A stretch of 63,984 bases of DNA, counting the filler, from Lenisia limosa (lineage: Eukaryota; Protista; Breviatea): the NCBI GenBank assembly GCA_001655205.1. It is 16 parts of 16 records of this genome, joined end to end, with 100 filler letters (N's around TTAATTAATTAA, not from the genome) between each part and the next. Parts side by side here need not be neighbours in the genome. Positions count along the whole stretch, not along the records: positions 37,291 to 43,264 come from LPNZ01008672.1; positions 43,365 to 45,247 come from LPNZ01006627.1; positions 45,348 to 47,637 come from LPNZ01009923.1; positions 47,738 to 55,854 come from LPNZ01001051.1; 12 more parts are not named here. The stretch is one strand, 5' to 3'. Every line of letters starts with the position of its first letter. Position 1 is the stretch's first letter. The notes under the pieces are model-generated. The model was not told where the DNA came from and did not search any database. It saw nothing but the letters and a program-made list of their open reading frames with translations. The position numbers and the translations under genes are program-made. Positions 37,291 through 48,488 of the stretch are shown piece after piece.

Positions 37291-39959
37291 CAGCCCTTAC
37301 CGCCTGTTGACACTATGCCGGCACCAATGGTGCTCACAACTCTTGGTATGAGTGTGATCGAGTGTACGTACGTACATATGATATACATACATATATATGT
37401 ATATATATATATATATTCATAATAACATTTGGTAGTATTTATGAGTTTTGTCTATTGCTTGTTTTCTATCCCTTGGCCACTCTATTTTCACCCATCAGTG
37501 CGCTACATTGTGTCAACATTTTACGGCATTGAAGAGTCCTTCATTCTTGAGGAGCTACTTAGATCAGCCATGTGAGGGGTGATTATGTGGGTATCGTATC
37601 GTATGTTATGAAGGGGGGATATTTTATAGCCAGCTATTTTTGAACTCCTTTAACACAAAAGTGGCAATGAGCATGACCTTGCTGACCGAATGCATTTGCA
37701 TTACAAACAAGCCCTAAAGATCCTCCGACGAATGGAAATTGAAGGCATTATCAAATGGTAGCGAGTGATGGGTTGTCTTACTACTGCCTTGTAACAAATT
37801 CTTGTTGTGTGACTGTCCCTCACCTCCAAGTGAGTCAAGAAAAGTAAAGGACAAGACCGCCAATACTGCACGGACTTGGCAGAAAAAAGAGAACTTCAAC
37901 AGCAGGTGGTATATTGACTGGCAGCAATTCATCGAAATGATCAAGGTGTGGAGAAGAATGGATGTTATTTTTGTTTTGCTTTGAGATTAAGTGAAGCTTC
38001 CTCGGTATTTCGCTTTATTTACCTTCAGAAACGCTTTCTTGGAATTGAGAACTACTTTGACCGCCTCAATACTTCGTCAAGTGCACACGTTGGGTCAATG
38101 AAGTGCCCAAACTGTCCTGACGTAATGTACGTCACAACTCCATGATCTTTAATATGATCTTGAAAGCTTTTGGAAAGGTGTTTATTTCCTATCATGCACT
38201 ACTTTCCGTTGCTTATACCTTAGGCTCTCATCATTGGATGCACAGGAGTATTTGAACAGTGATTTGAAATACGTATGTCCTTCGTGTCATGGATGTGAGA
38301 GGGTGGAAGCTTTTTCAAAGCGTACTTCTACTGGTTTTCTTGTCACTACCTCACCCCGTGTGATTTTGGGGGTTTTGTTTCTTAAAATTTTTTAATTATA
38401 CTTCCCCCCTCCCAGATCTGGAAACCAATGTTATGGGTGTCAGTCCTGAGCAGGTAAGATGGATACACGTATTTGAGGTTTTTTGTTTTTCCATCCACCA
38501 AACAAGTTACAAGGAGATTCAAAATGTCAAAACAACTTCTACTTGGAGAGTGTGTTTGATGGCTGTCACCTCTGGCAGGTGCGAACACTCAAAGCTGCGT
38601 TCAACAAGGAGATGATTCCGATTTTGGAACTTCTTGCTCGCTGCAATGATCTAGAATTACAGAGAGGCTCTTACAGGAGTAGTGAAGCCGAAACAAAGTG
38701 ACGGGCGTACCGGATAATGAGTTATTTTTCACACGGGAACCAATCCCAACATACTGACTGGGTAGAGAGGATGCTGATGCCCGGAGGAAGCAAATAGAAG
38801 CAAACTCCATTTTTGGCAGTTGGTGGGAAAATGATCTGGTCGATTATATGAGACAGGAGTGGATTCACACAATACCAAAACATCCTGTTCGAAACTATTC
38901 AACTCTGTCGTTATTTCGTTTGTTATCTCCTGTTTTGTTTTTGTTCTACTATTTCTCCAAATATGGAGCGTTCTGTAATGCTGTAGTGCGATCAAGTCGA
39001 AATATCGATTTTTCTTTCTACAACGAGGGCAAACAAGAAGTCATTATTGAGATGAAGAAGGATGCAGATATTGATGGAATGTAGGGGGGGGGNNNNNNNN
39101 NNNNNNNNNNNNNNNNNNNNNNNNNNNNNNNNNNNNNNNNNNNNNNNNNNNNNNNNNNNNNNNNTGAAAGTCTTTTTGAGAGAGTAACACATTTCAGAGT
39201 TGAAGTCCAATTGCCGCCACCGTGGATGGTCGGTTCGCAGATTGGCGTGGAGGTACCCGGGGCCTTGAGGGGACTTGGTCGTTTTTCATTGCGCTCTTGT
39301 CTTGGAATGAGTTTACTGATTATGTTTTAGGAATCGGAGTTTGGGCTGCATGTTCACAATCCAACAAAAGAGGCGAAAAACACTGAGGAACCCGAACCTC
39401 AAGCAGTAACAGCGGAAGAAGCTCAGGGTACGATAATATAGATTACCATGATCACGGCAGCTATTTGGGTGATCATTCTAATGTGTAGATGTTGACGCGT
39501 TTTACGCCAAAGACGTATCACAAAAGTGCCCCAGTCCAGTGAAGATTGATGTTNNNNNNNNNNNNNNNNNNNNNNNNNNNNNNNNNNNNNNNNNNNNNNN
39601 NNNNNNNNNNNNNNNNNNNNNNNNNNNNNNNNNNNTTGTATTCAGGGAATCCCATAAATTTCTTTGAATTTCCATAAAATTAAATGGTATTCCCATGTGA
39701 AATATGGGAATTCCAACTTTTTCACAAGAATCACAAGTCGATGCTCCGTAGTTTTGTTTTCTCATCCCCAAAGGGCCCAGCAGTTGCAGTGCAGGGTAAG
39801 TTCATCAAACTGAAGGACGTAACCCTTGAAGACGAAGACAGAATGACTCCGCAGGAATTCGAGGTGGGGACTTGTTTTTATTCAATAACTTATTGAATTG
39901 TGACCTTATCGTTGACCCTGCAGATCTATTTTGAGCTCCACCATGTGCATTTCGGTTGA
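37291..39959 (+). CDS. GTF2E1: General transcription factor IIE alpha subunit
   Basis: LTTLVRYIVSTFYG, DLADRMHLHYKQALKILRRM, WYIDWQQFIEMIK, MKCPNCP (Zn ribbon), LKAAFNKEMIPILELL, C-terminal VAVQGKFIKLKDVTLEDEDRMTPQEFEIYF. Confidence 0.8.
39645..39735. repeat. Repeat family F, short MITE-like (second copy 56121-56220 with ends CTTGGGATTCT / AGAATCCCAG)
   Basis: ATTTCCATAAAATT...GGATTCCCATGTAAAATATGGGAATTCCAAC...TTCACAAGAATC shared between the two copies. Confidence 0.75.
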
Positions 39960-40307
39960 TCATCTTGCCTTAGATCCCTTTTATATTTTCCACCAACTCT
40001 CATGTTAGCGTTATTCTGTGTGAGGACTGTTTCATTAGGTATTTTTTGGAAGTCTGTAGGTGATGTATTGTGGTCATCAGGCTTACGGTTCTTTTCTCAT
40101 GCCTCTTAACTTGTGCTTTACCGTCGATAATCCCTTTTTTTGGTTTTGTTGAGAGAAGTGAATTTATATGGCTCAACTGTCACAAGAGGTGATATCGTAA
40201 ATTAAAATCAGGATATTGTCCTAGAGAACATTAAAATCAGAGTTGCGAAAGGTCACCTCTTGCTGTACTTTTTGGCTAAAATGTGAGAAAAGTGCATTTG
40301 TTAGCAA

Positions 40308-43010
40308 TCACTTACGTTGTCGCTCTTGCGGTTCATTGAGTTGGGCCTCCTTAGCTGCCAGTCTTTTCCGCTGCCTGAAGAGTGAGGAACCACCTTGCCA
40401 TTTTATTACTCCACCCAGCTGCATGATGAGATTAGAACCTACAATTCTTCGTATTCAGCAAGACACTTCTCCTGAATTTGGATATCACTAAAAGATTAGG
40501 GAAGCTTTTTGAAAATCAAGGATTGCATCGTTATTGGGTAAAAAGATAGTGAAGACCCCTTCCCCTACAAACCTGACAGAAAACGGTTTCATAACGAGGG
40601 TCGGGTTCCACCCGGTGGTTTTGGTGTCGAACGGCTTGAAGTCCATTGTTCGCTGCTTTGACATGATGTCGGTAAGCGTTTCAGTGGGAGGCGAGCTGAC
40701 GTTCTGCCAGACCGGGGTCATGACGGGTGAGGAGGCAAGGTCATTGAGGTTAATCCTCTCCTTTTTCTTCTTCTTCTGCTTCTTTCGACTTGACTTGGAT
40801 CTTTCGAAGAGGCTGTTGGGCTGAGGTGCTGGGAGGTGGGCTGTGCTCAGGGCTGGGAAGCTACTATCGGGGAGCTAAGGGGGTTAGCTTGTCACTGGGT
40901 GGCCAATTATCGACATATGATAATATATATAATCATATATATATATATATATGATATATACTTTACGAGATCCTAATGTATCAGTAGCTCACAGAGGGCT
41001 GTACAGGCATAGCAGGAGGGGTCTTCTGCGGAGGTGCTAAATTGTTCTGAAGCCTCGAGACAGGCTGTTTCTTTGACGGTGGTGCAGTCTTGGTGCTAGG
41101 CCTGGGATGACTCAGCTTGTTGAGAGAGGGGAACGCATCATCAGAAGCAGTTGGCATGCTGGGGTCGGGTTTACTCCAAAGTTTGGGCTGACTAGGCTGT
41201 TGGCACTGAACGCTCCTTTCCTTCAACTATCACGAAAACAACAAGTATAATAATAGAGTAGCCCCCTCCCCACTTTCAGTGCATTCTTGGACTTCTTGCC
41301 CTTTTTGGACTGTTTAGCACCAAAAAACAGATCATCCGGGTTCTCATCCTGAGGGCTCGTCGCATTTTCAATTACTTCGGTTTCCTTTCTCAGTTTCCAA
41401 GCTGTATCGGCTTCCTGTGGGTCAAACGGGCCGTTTTTACCACTTTGTAAAGTTATATAATGAGGCTTTTGACATAACAACCCACTTTCGAAGGGGGTGC
41501 GGTGACAAGCTTTTTTGCCTCCTTCTTCTGTTTCTGAAGGTCCTTCTCTCTATACAATAAACAAAGTAGCAAAGCAAGGAAGCACAATGTTGTTCAGCAG
41601 TGCCCCAACCTTTTCTTCTGGTTTTGCGCAGCGATAATCTCACCCTTGGCCCCTCCAGCAACTTTCCAAGGCTCCTCCTCCTCCTCAGCTGAAACGTGAT
41701 AAGAAGAAGGAAAGGCCTACCACTTGGCTGGGCTTGCTGGACTGATGGACTCGATGGCGGCTGTCTTTGTGATGACGATGGAATGTCCCAGAACATATCG
41801 CCACTCTGGGGGAATGACTGACATATATGTTAAGTATTGCTAATCTTGCTGAAAACCTATTGCTAATTAATCTTGCTGAAAACTGTAACCATTGCTAATC
41901 TTGCTGAAAACCGTAAGTATTGCTAATCTCGCTGAAAACCGAAAGTACCTNNNNNNNNNNNNNNNNNNNNNNNNNNNNNNNNNNNNNNNNNNNNNNNNNN
42001 NNNNNNNNNNNNNNNNNNNNNNNNNNNNNNNNNNNNNNNNNNNNNNNNNNNNNNNNNNNNNNNNNNNNNNNNNNNNNNNNNNNNNNNNNNNNNNNNNNNN
42101 NNNNNNNNNNNNNNNNNNNNNNNNNNNNNNNNNNNNNNNNGTGTATAACACGATATTCCTTGCCCACAGTGCTGTCAATATCCGCCCTCAAGCCGGGGTG
42201 GCATAATCGGTCAAGTGTGTCAGGGTGCAGTTGAGGCGCAGCGGCCGAGCCAGTCGTCAGTCCAGCATCAGCTTGAATACGGTACTGTCGGATAACCTGG
42301 GGTATGAAGCCGGATTAAAAACTCAAATACCATATTTATTATCTATCATCAAGCCCAACTAAGATCTTGATAGGTACTGCAGCTTATTTTGAGCAGGATC
42401 ATTCGGACTTCTCTTCGATTCAAAAAAGACTAAATTTCTCGATAAATCCCCCCGAAAACTATTGATATTTTACCGGTATTTTTCGAACCTAAGTGATGCC
42501 CTTAAGATAATAGCCCCGTCACCTCATCCCTGTCGAGCCCGACAGCCAAAATGTCTTCTTCAGTGAGGCCTATAATGTCGTTAGTGACTCATTCAAGATC
42601 AACACAGAATGAAAAAAAAATGAATGAAAAAAAATAATATGAGTACCAATAATTTTTGATAATCATATCCAAAGATCAGAAGTCTTTCCTCCTCAAACCC
42701 TCCGGAAGCTCAGATTCGAACGCTTTGGGCTTGGGCTTGGCAAGGCGTGCCATTTGCTCAAACACGCTCGTGACCACTGCTGCTGGGTGGCTGATCCAGT
42801 CTTTGCGGAGTATCTAATATGTGTGAACCATTGTCACTCAAAAAACCGTGATAAAGCCCCTTACCGAGGGGTCAATATTGGCCATGAGATTGAGAGCACA
42901 TGCCTTGAGCAGTGATGATGCCTATGGACGGTTTCAACTCGGTTTGACAAAAAGAATGAATGTCTTGATAAATCCACGATATCTTCAGATATTTTATCTG
43001 CCTTTCCAGC
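40308..43010 (-). CDS. Multi-exon gene with helical N-terminal part and Lys/Ser/Pro-rich C-terminus; weak resemblance to BTB/IBTK-like proteins
   Basis: ASSLLKACALNLMANIDP, ILRKDWISHPAAVVTSVFEQM, VIRQYRIQADAG..., KSSRKKQKKKKERINLNDL...LTDIMSKQ; family assignment is weak. Confidence 0.45.
41828..41950. repeat. ~29-bp minisatellite running into an assembly gap
   Basis: Unit GTAAGTATTGCTAATCTTGCTGAAAACC, about 4 copies visible. Confidence 0.9.
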
Positions 43011-43365
43011 CCCCCACGTCATAAGAAACAGCGAGAGAGGCCAGGGCAAATGCATTTCGACTGTCCAGAGCAAAGCACAGTAGTCGACTCAGGTGGAGAC
43101 TGTGCGAGTGTCACAAAGCAACAAAAAGTCAAGAAAAAGTGACTATTTAAACAACACAAAGTCTAAGCTGGCCCAGTCGAATATCTCAAGTCCCATTTGG
43201 CTTATATATAGCTATATGATATAGCTATATCACATAATATATATAGCTATATGATATAGCTATANNNNNNNNNNNNNNNNNNNNNNNNNNNNNNNNNNNN
43301 NNNNNNNNTTAATTAATTAANNNNNNNNNNNNNNNNNNNNNNNNNNNNNNNNNNNNNNNNNNNNG

Positions 43366-44790
43366 AACCTTGACGACGCGCTGTGGAAAGGTCTGACTAG
43401 CGCTTTCGAAATGTCGACTCGAAAGAACGGCCTGATTCAGTGGGGGGAGGGGTCTTCACTTGGGTTAAAAAAACCGATGGTTTTCGATAGAAATTCGGTC
43501 TTTTTTTTTTTGAACCGAAGTAGAGCGCTAGGGGGTGTATCATCCTCAGCGTGGTCAGAGGGTTAAAGGTGTTTTGGCCTAATTTTCTGCTCTGACCCCC
43601 AATAACTTTCTACTCGTGTGTCGTCAGCCAACATAGTTGATTTGGGCTTTTTTATAACATAAATGTTCCAATTTTACGATGGGATGCGGGGCTGCAGAAG
43701 CGNNNNNNNNNNNNNNNNNNNNNNNNNNNNNNNNNNNNNNNNNNNNNNNNNNNNNNNNNNNNNNNNNNNNNNNNNNNNNNNNNNNNNNNNNNNNNNNNNN
43801 NNNNNNNNNNNNNNNNNNNNNNNNNNNNNNNNNNNNNNNNNNNNNNNNNNNNNNNNNNNNNNNNNNNNNNNNNNNNNNNNNNNNNNNNNNNNNNNNNNNN
43901 NNNNNNNNNNNNNNNNNNNNNNNCGCATCCTAGGAGTATTCTGAGCCTCTCAGAACATAGCCAACTTTCTATAGGAATCCCTGCACTGCAGCAAGTGGGT
44001 TTTTGGGCTGTTTTTGTTCACATTTGTTTGTTGCTTTCAACCCTTGTGTTGTCAGCCAACAGGGTTGTTTTTGGGCCTTTTTTGTTTCATACATTTTTCC
44101 ATCCCCCTTAGGTAGAATTATGTACCTCTCTCCCCACATGGTTCGTGTTTGTTATTGCTTGTTTTTTTTTGTTTTTTTTTGTTTGTAGTTTCAGATTATT
44201 CTGTTCGTGATTAGTATCTTTATGCCAATATTCTTCATCGAAATTTTATTCGTTTTACTCCCCCCCTCAGGTAGTAGTATGCCCTCCACCGCCGCCGCCG
44301 TACTTCTTCACCTGTCCTTTAAGTCTCGCCATTTCGTCACTCAGAGTGTCGGGACTGGTCATGGCGACCGGCTTGTACGAGCAGGAAGTCAGGACGCGTG
44401 GGTGGGGGAGGTATAATGGTAGGAGTCGATATCGATACCGGGGAGGTGGGGACTATAATAAGACGGGAGTTAGCAGTGTACTGCCGTGGCTTGGGCTATA
44501 TACGGAAGTATGTCATTGTTTTTCCTGTTTGCGGGTCAGTATCGGTTTCGGTCTACCTTTCCATACGCCTACACAATTGCCGCCCCTTTCCAATTACTAT
44601 ACCAACATCACCAACCTCAACCCCTTCATTATATTACATGTGGCACTTGCCATTAATTCCCCTCATCCAGGCTACTTAACCCTAGTTAATCTTGGCTATA
44701 TTAATCTCAGCCTATCTCTCAATCCTAATTATCCAGGACTGCATTACTACCCTTGGCGCACACGGGATCAGGGGGACATCCGACGACCAG
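43366..44790 (+). CDS. Scattered exons of an unidentified gene
   Basis: AG-exon-GT blocks at ~43366-43440, 44270-44398 and 44738-44790; reading frame ambiguous. Confidence 0.3.
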
Positions 44791-46357
44791 GTATGGGTTA
44801 TTACTTTAAACATTTTTTATTTTATTTTTTTATTTTTATTTTTATTTTTATTTCTATTTCTATTTTTATTTTTATTTTTTTTTTGGGGGGAGGGGGGTAT
44901 AAGGATGGGAAAGCAATAGGTCTGTCCCACTTTTATGTTTCCAACCCTTTTATTTTATTTAAAACCTGCAGAGCTCCTTCCCTCAAAATCATTATTTTCC
45001 ACCATCTCCCCCTCTAATAAGAGCAACAAAACACACAACCGCATCCCATCACTCCAGCGTAAAATTGAAACGCGAAGGCTAACAGAGTTTATTTTGGGCT
45101 TTTTTGTTACGTACCTTTTCCAATTTTACTCACCCCTCCCCTCTCACTTATATCCCCCTTTTTTGTGTTATCTCAGTATTTCCGTCTTTTGTCTATTTAT
45201 TCAAAAACCGTACTTTACGTACGCTGGAGTGATGGGATGCGGTGCTGNNNNNNNNNNNNNNNNNNNNNNNNNNNNNNNNNNNNNNNNNNNNTTAATTAAT
45301 TAANNNNNNNNNNNNNNNNNNNNNNNNNNNNNNNNNNNNNNNNNNNNCCCCTCGGGGGTCGTATGCTTGGGACGGCTCTAAGCGTTATGATTGGATTGTG
45401 ACCGTTAGTAAGTCGGATCTTCTAACATTTCCCGTACTTTGTAACGCCTTACAGGTACGTTTGGGTGATCGAGCGGTGGTGGGACTCTTCAAAGACTGGC
45501 TCGGGCTTGTTCTTGTTTTTGTGTTTTTGTCATCTGGCTTTTGTCAAGTTTTAGCNNNNNNNNNNNNNNNNNNNNNNNNNNNNNNNNNNNNNNNNNNNNN
45601 NNNNNNNNNNNNNNNNNNNNNNNNNNNNNNNNNNNNNNNNNNNNNNNNNNNNNNNNNNNNNNNNNNNNNNNNNNNNNNNNNNNNNNNNNNNNNNNNNNNN
45701 NNNNNNNNNNNNNNNNNNNNNNNNNNNNNNNNNNNNNNNNNNNNNNNNNNNNNNNNNNNNNNNNNNNNNNNNNNNNNNNNNNNNNNNNNNNNNNNNNNNC
45801 AACTTGTGGGTGCATATGAGGTGTTTATATGTGCATATGATATATTGCTACACCTCTCTGCTTGTGATATTTTTATGATATGATCCACATCCACAATTGA
45901 TATGATCATATGACCGCGAAATCATGAACGTGGTGTTGTCAACCATCATGTGTTTTTAGCCAACGGAGTTGATTTTAGGGCTTTTTTGTTTCATAAAATA
46001 CTCGGATTCTGTTCACCTTGCTGCATTTTTCGCACTTATTAATAAATGATACTGTTTGTTCATGATATGTTATATATTACCCCCGCCGGTTAATTTTGCT
46101 GCTCCGTAGATCATTACGATAGCGGCCTTNNNNNNNNNNNNNNNNNNNNNNNNNNNNNNNNNNNNNNNNNNNNNNNNNNNNNNNNNNNNNNNNNNNNNNN
46201 NNNNNNNNNNNNNNNNNNNNNNNNNNNNNNNNNNNNNNNNNNNNNNNNNNNNNNNNNNNNNNNNNNNNNNNNNNNNNNNNNNNNNNNNNNNNNNNNNNNN
46301 NNNNNNNNNNNNNNNNNNNNNNNNNNNNNNNNTCATAAATTCTCCAATTTTACCCCC

Positions 46358-46982
46358 CCCCCCAGTTGTTGCTATGGGGCCCAACGTGAAGTCCAAATCA
46401 GCACTGGTCTTTAACTTCTGCCCGGATACCACGGGCTTCACCTCAACTCCAGACACATCTCGTGGGAAGTTCTCTTAGATGATGTCATTGAAACAAGGGG
46501 GAGGGGTGTCTATTCCCTAACTATCACGACCCCCCCCCCCCNNNNNNNNNNNNNNNNNNNNNNNNNNNNNNNNNNNNNNNNNNNNNNNNNNNNNNNNNNN
46601 NNNNNNNNNNNNNNNNNNNNNNNNNNNNNNNNNNNNNNNNNNNNNNNNNNNNNNNNNNNNNNNNNNNNNNNNNNNNNNNNNNNNNNNNNNNNNNNNNNNN
46701 NNNNNNNNNNNNNNNNNNNNNNNNNNNNNNNNNNNNNNNNNNNNNNNNNNNNNNNNNNNNNNNNNNNNNNNNNNNNNNNNNNNNNNNNNNNNNNNNNNNN
46801 NNNNNNNNNNNNNNNNNNNNNNNNNNNNNNNNNNNNNNNNNNNNNNNNNNNNNNNNNNNNNNNNNNNNNNNNNNNNNNNNNNNNNNNNNNNNNNTCAGAA
46901 GAGTCCCATGTCTTGGCGCTTTCCAACCTGCGGAGTGTTAATAGCGCCTCGGGCTGGATGTGCTATACTGCTTCTATCAACG
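46358..46982 (+). CDS. Two exons of an unidentified protein (VAMGPNVKSKSALVFNFCPDTTGF..., EESHVLALSNLRSVNSASGWMCYTASIN)
   Basis: Family A-supplied acceptor and G-rich donors. Confidence 0.4.
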
Positions 46983-48488
46983 GTGAAAGGGGGCTGGGTG
47001 TGCTATCCTTAGAGCTTCACTTCGGAAGACTGAATTTCCCGGTTTTACCGGTCTTTTTTTGAACCAAAGTGAAGCCCTAGCTATATTGTTTCAATTAACG
47101 GTGATAGGGGAGGTAATACTTCTCGGCCAGATAGCGTGATGGTGTGGACAGCTTTGGCCCGATACAACCTTGTTTTATTTCTCATCTCATTATCATGTAG
47201 TAATATACTATCTACTACAATTTAGTTCTCTTGACTAGTTTTTACAATTAAGATGTTCGTCCAACCAATTTGGCGTGTACGCATAATTACGGCCTCTCCA
47301 ACATCTTTTGCATGGTACCCTTCAGTGCCACCGTTGCTCCAGGTTGGGGGGGAAATGAATTGACTTGGGGGAACGGGGGGTAAAAAAAATAAAAAAAAAT
47401 AATAATAATAAAAAGGCAAATGCTGAACTTCAATTTCTTTTTTGATGTTAGTGTGAAAGATGAAATTTTTGCACAATTCCGGTACACAAATAATGGAAGG
47501 AGAGTATTTTGGGAGACACAAATTGATTATATTGGTAGGTATGTTCATCATCATTCAATGACCGGGATAAGTCTTGACCGATTTTTCTTGGGATAGCAAA
47601 TCGGTCAAGACTTATCCCGGTCACTATACATACCCTCNNNNNNNNNNNNNNNNNNNNNNNNNNNNNNNNNNNNNNNNNNNNTTAATTAATTAANNNNNNN
47701 NNNNNNNNNNNNNNNNNNNNNNNNNNNNNNNNNNNNNCTCCCCCCCCCCCCCTCCCCAATTCACATTCTAACCACACAGGATTTGAGTACACGATTAAAA
47801 GTGGAGCTGCCGAATGTGTGAAATGCCTAGAATGTAGGCCAGTTTAAGTATAAGGAACTTTATAATTACTACGAAACTGCGAATGGCACCATAAATCAGT
47901 TATCGTTTTCTCGATTGGATAACCGTGGACAATCTAGATCGCTTTGGAGCTTCTTGAGGGTTTAACTTTTTTTGGGATTTGGCCTCTTTGTTTGTGAGCT
48001 TTTTGGCTTATATTCTTCTTTTTTTGGGGTGTTTTAGTGCGATTAATGTTGACATCTTGGAGGAGTAGTCAAGCTCCATACGATAACACAAAAACGAAAT
48101 TAATTCCTTTGAGAGATGGTCGCATTATTCCCCCGTGATACGCGGTGGTGTTCTTTTCCTGTTGGTGGAGGGGTGTTTTGCAGTCAAAAAGACCAAGAAA
48201 AACCAATTAAAAAGTGTCATTTTCCCCCTCCCCTAACTGGAGGTGCGCAGTGAAACCTGTTCACGTAAAACCGGCCTTTCATTAAACTGTTTTCCAGCTC
48301 ATGGGCAGCTTCAATATACGAAAGAGTCACCTGAAATTCCGCGATGGTGGAGTCTGGTGGAATGCCTGAGATCAAACAAAACCCAAAATTCTTACGTTTC
48401 TGAAAGCTGAAGGAACATCCACATTGGTAACGCCAGCTCGAGGGCCAAACCGTTGTTATAGAGATCCTAAACAGTCAAATATCAACAC

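Noticed and set aside
41828-41950. Regularly repeated ~29-bp units and recurring palindromic family B/D repeats as a possible CRISPR array
   Set aside because: No unique spacers between units, no cas genes, eukaryotic intronic context
44346-45017. 223-aa ORF
   Set aside because: It crosses evident introns and a (TTTTTA)n simple repeat; not a real single-exon protein
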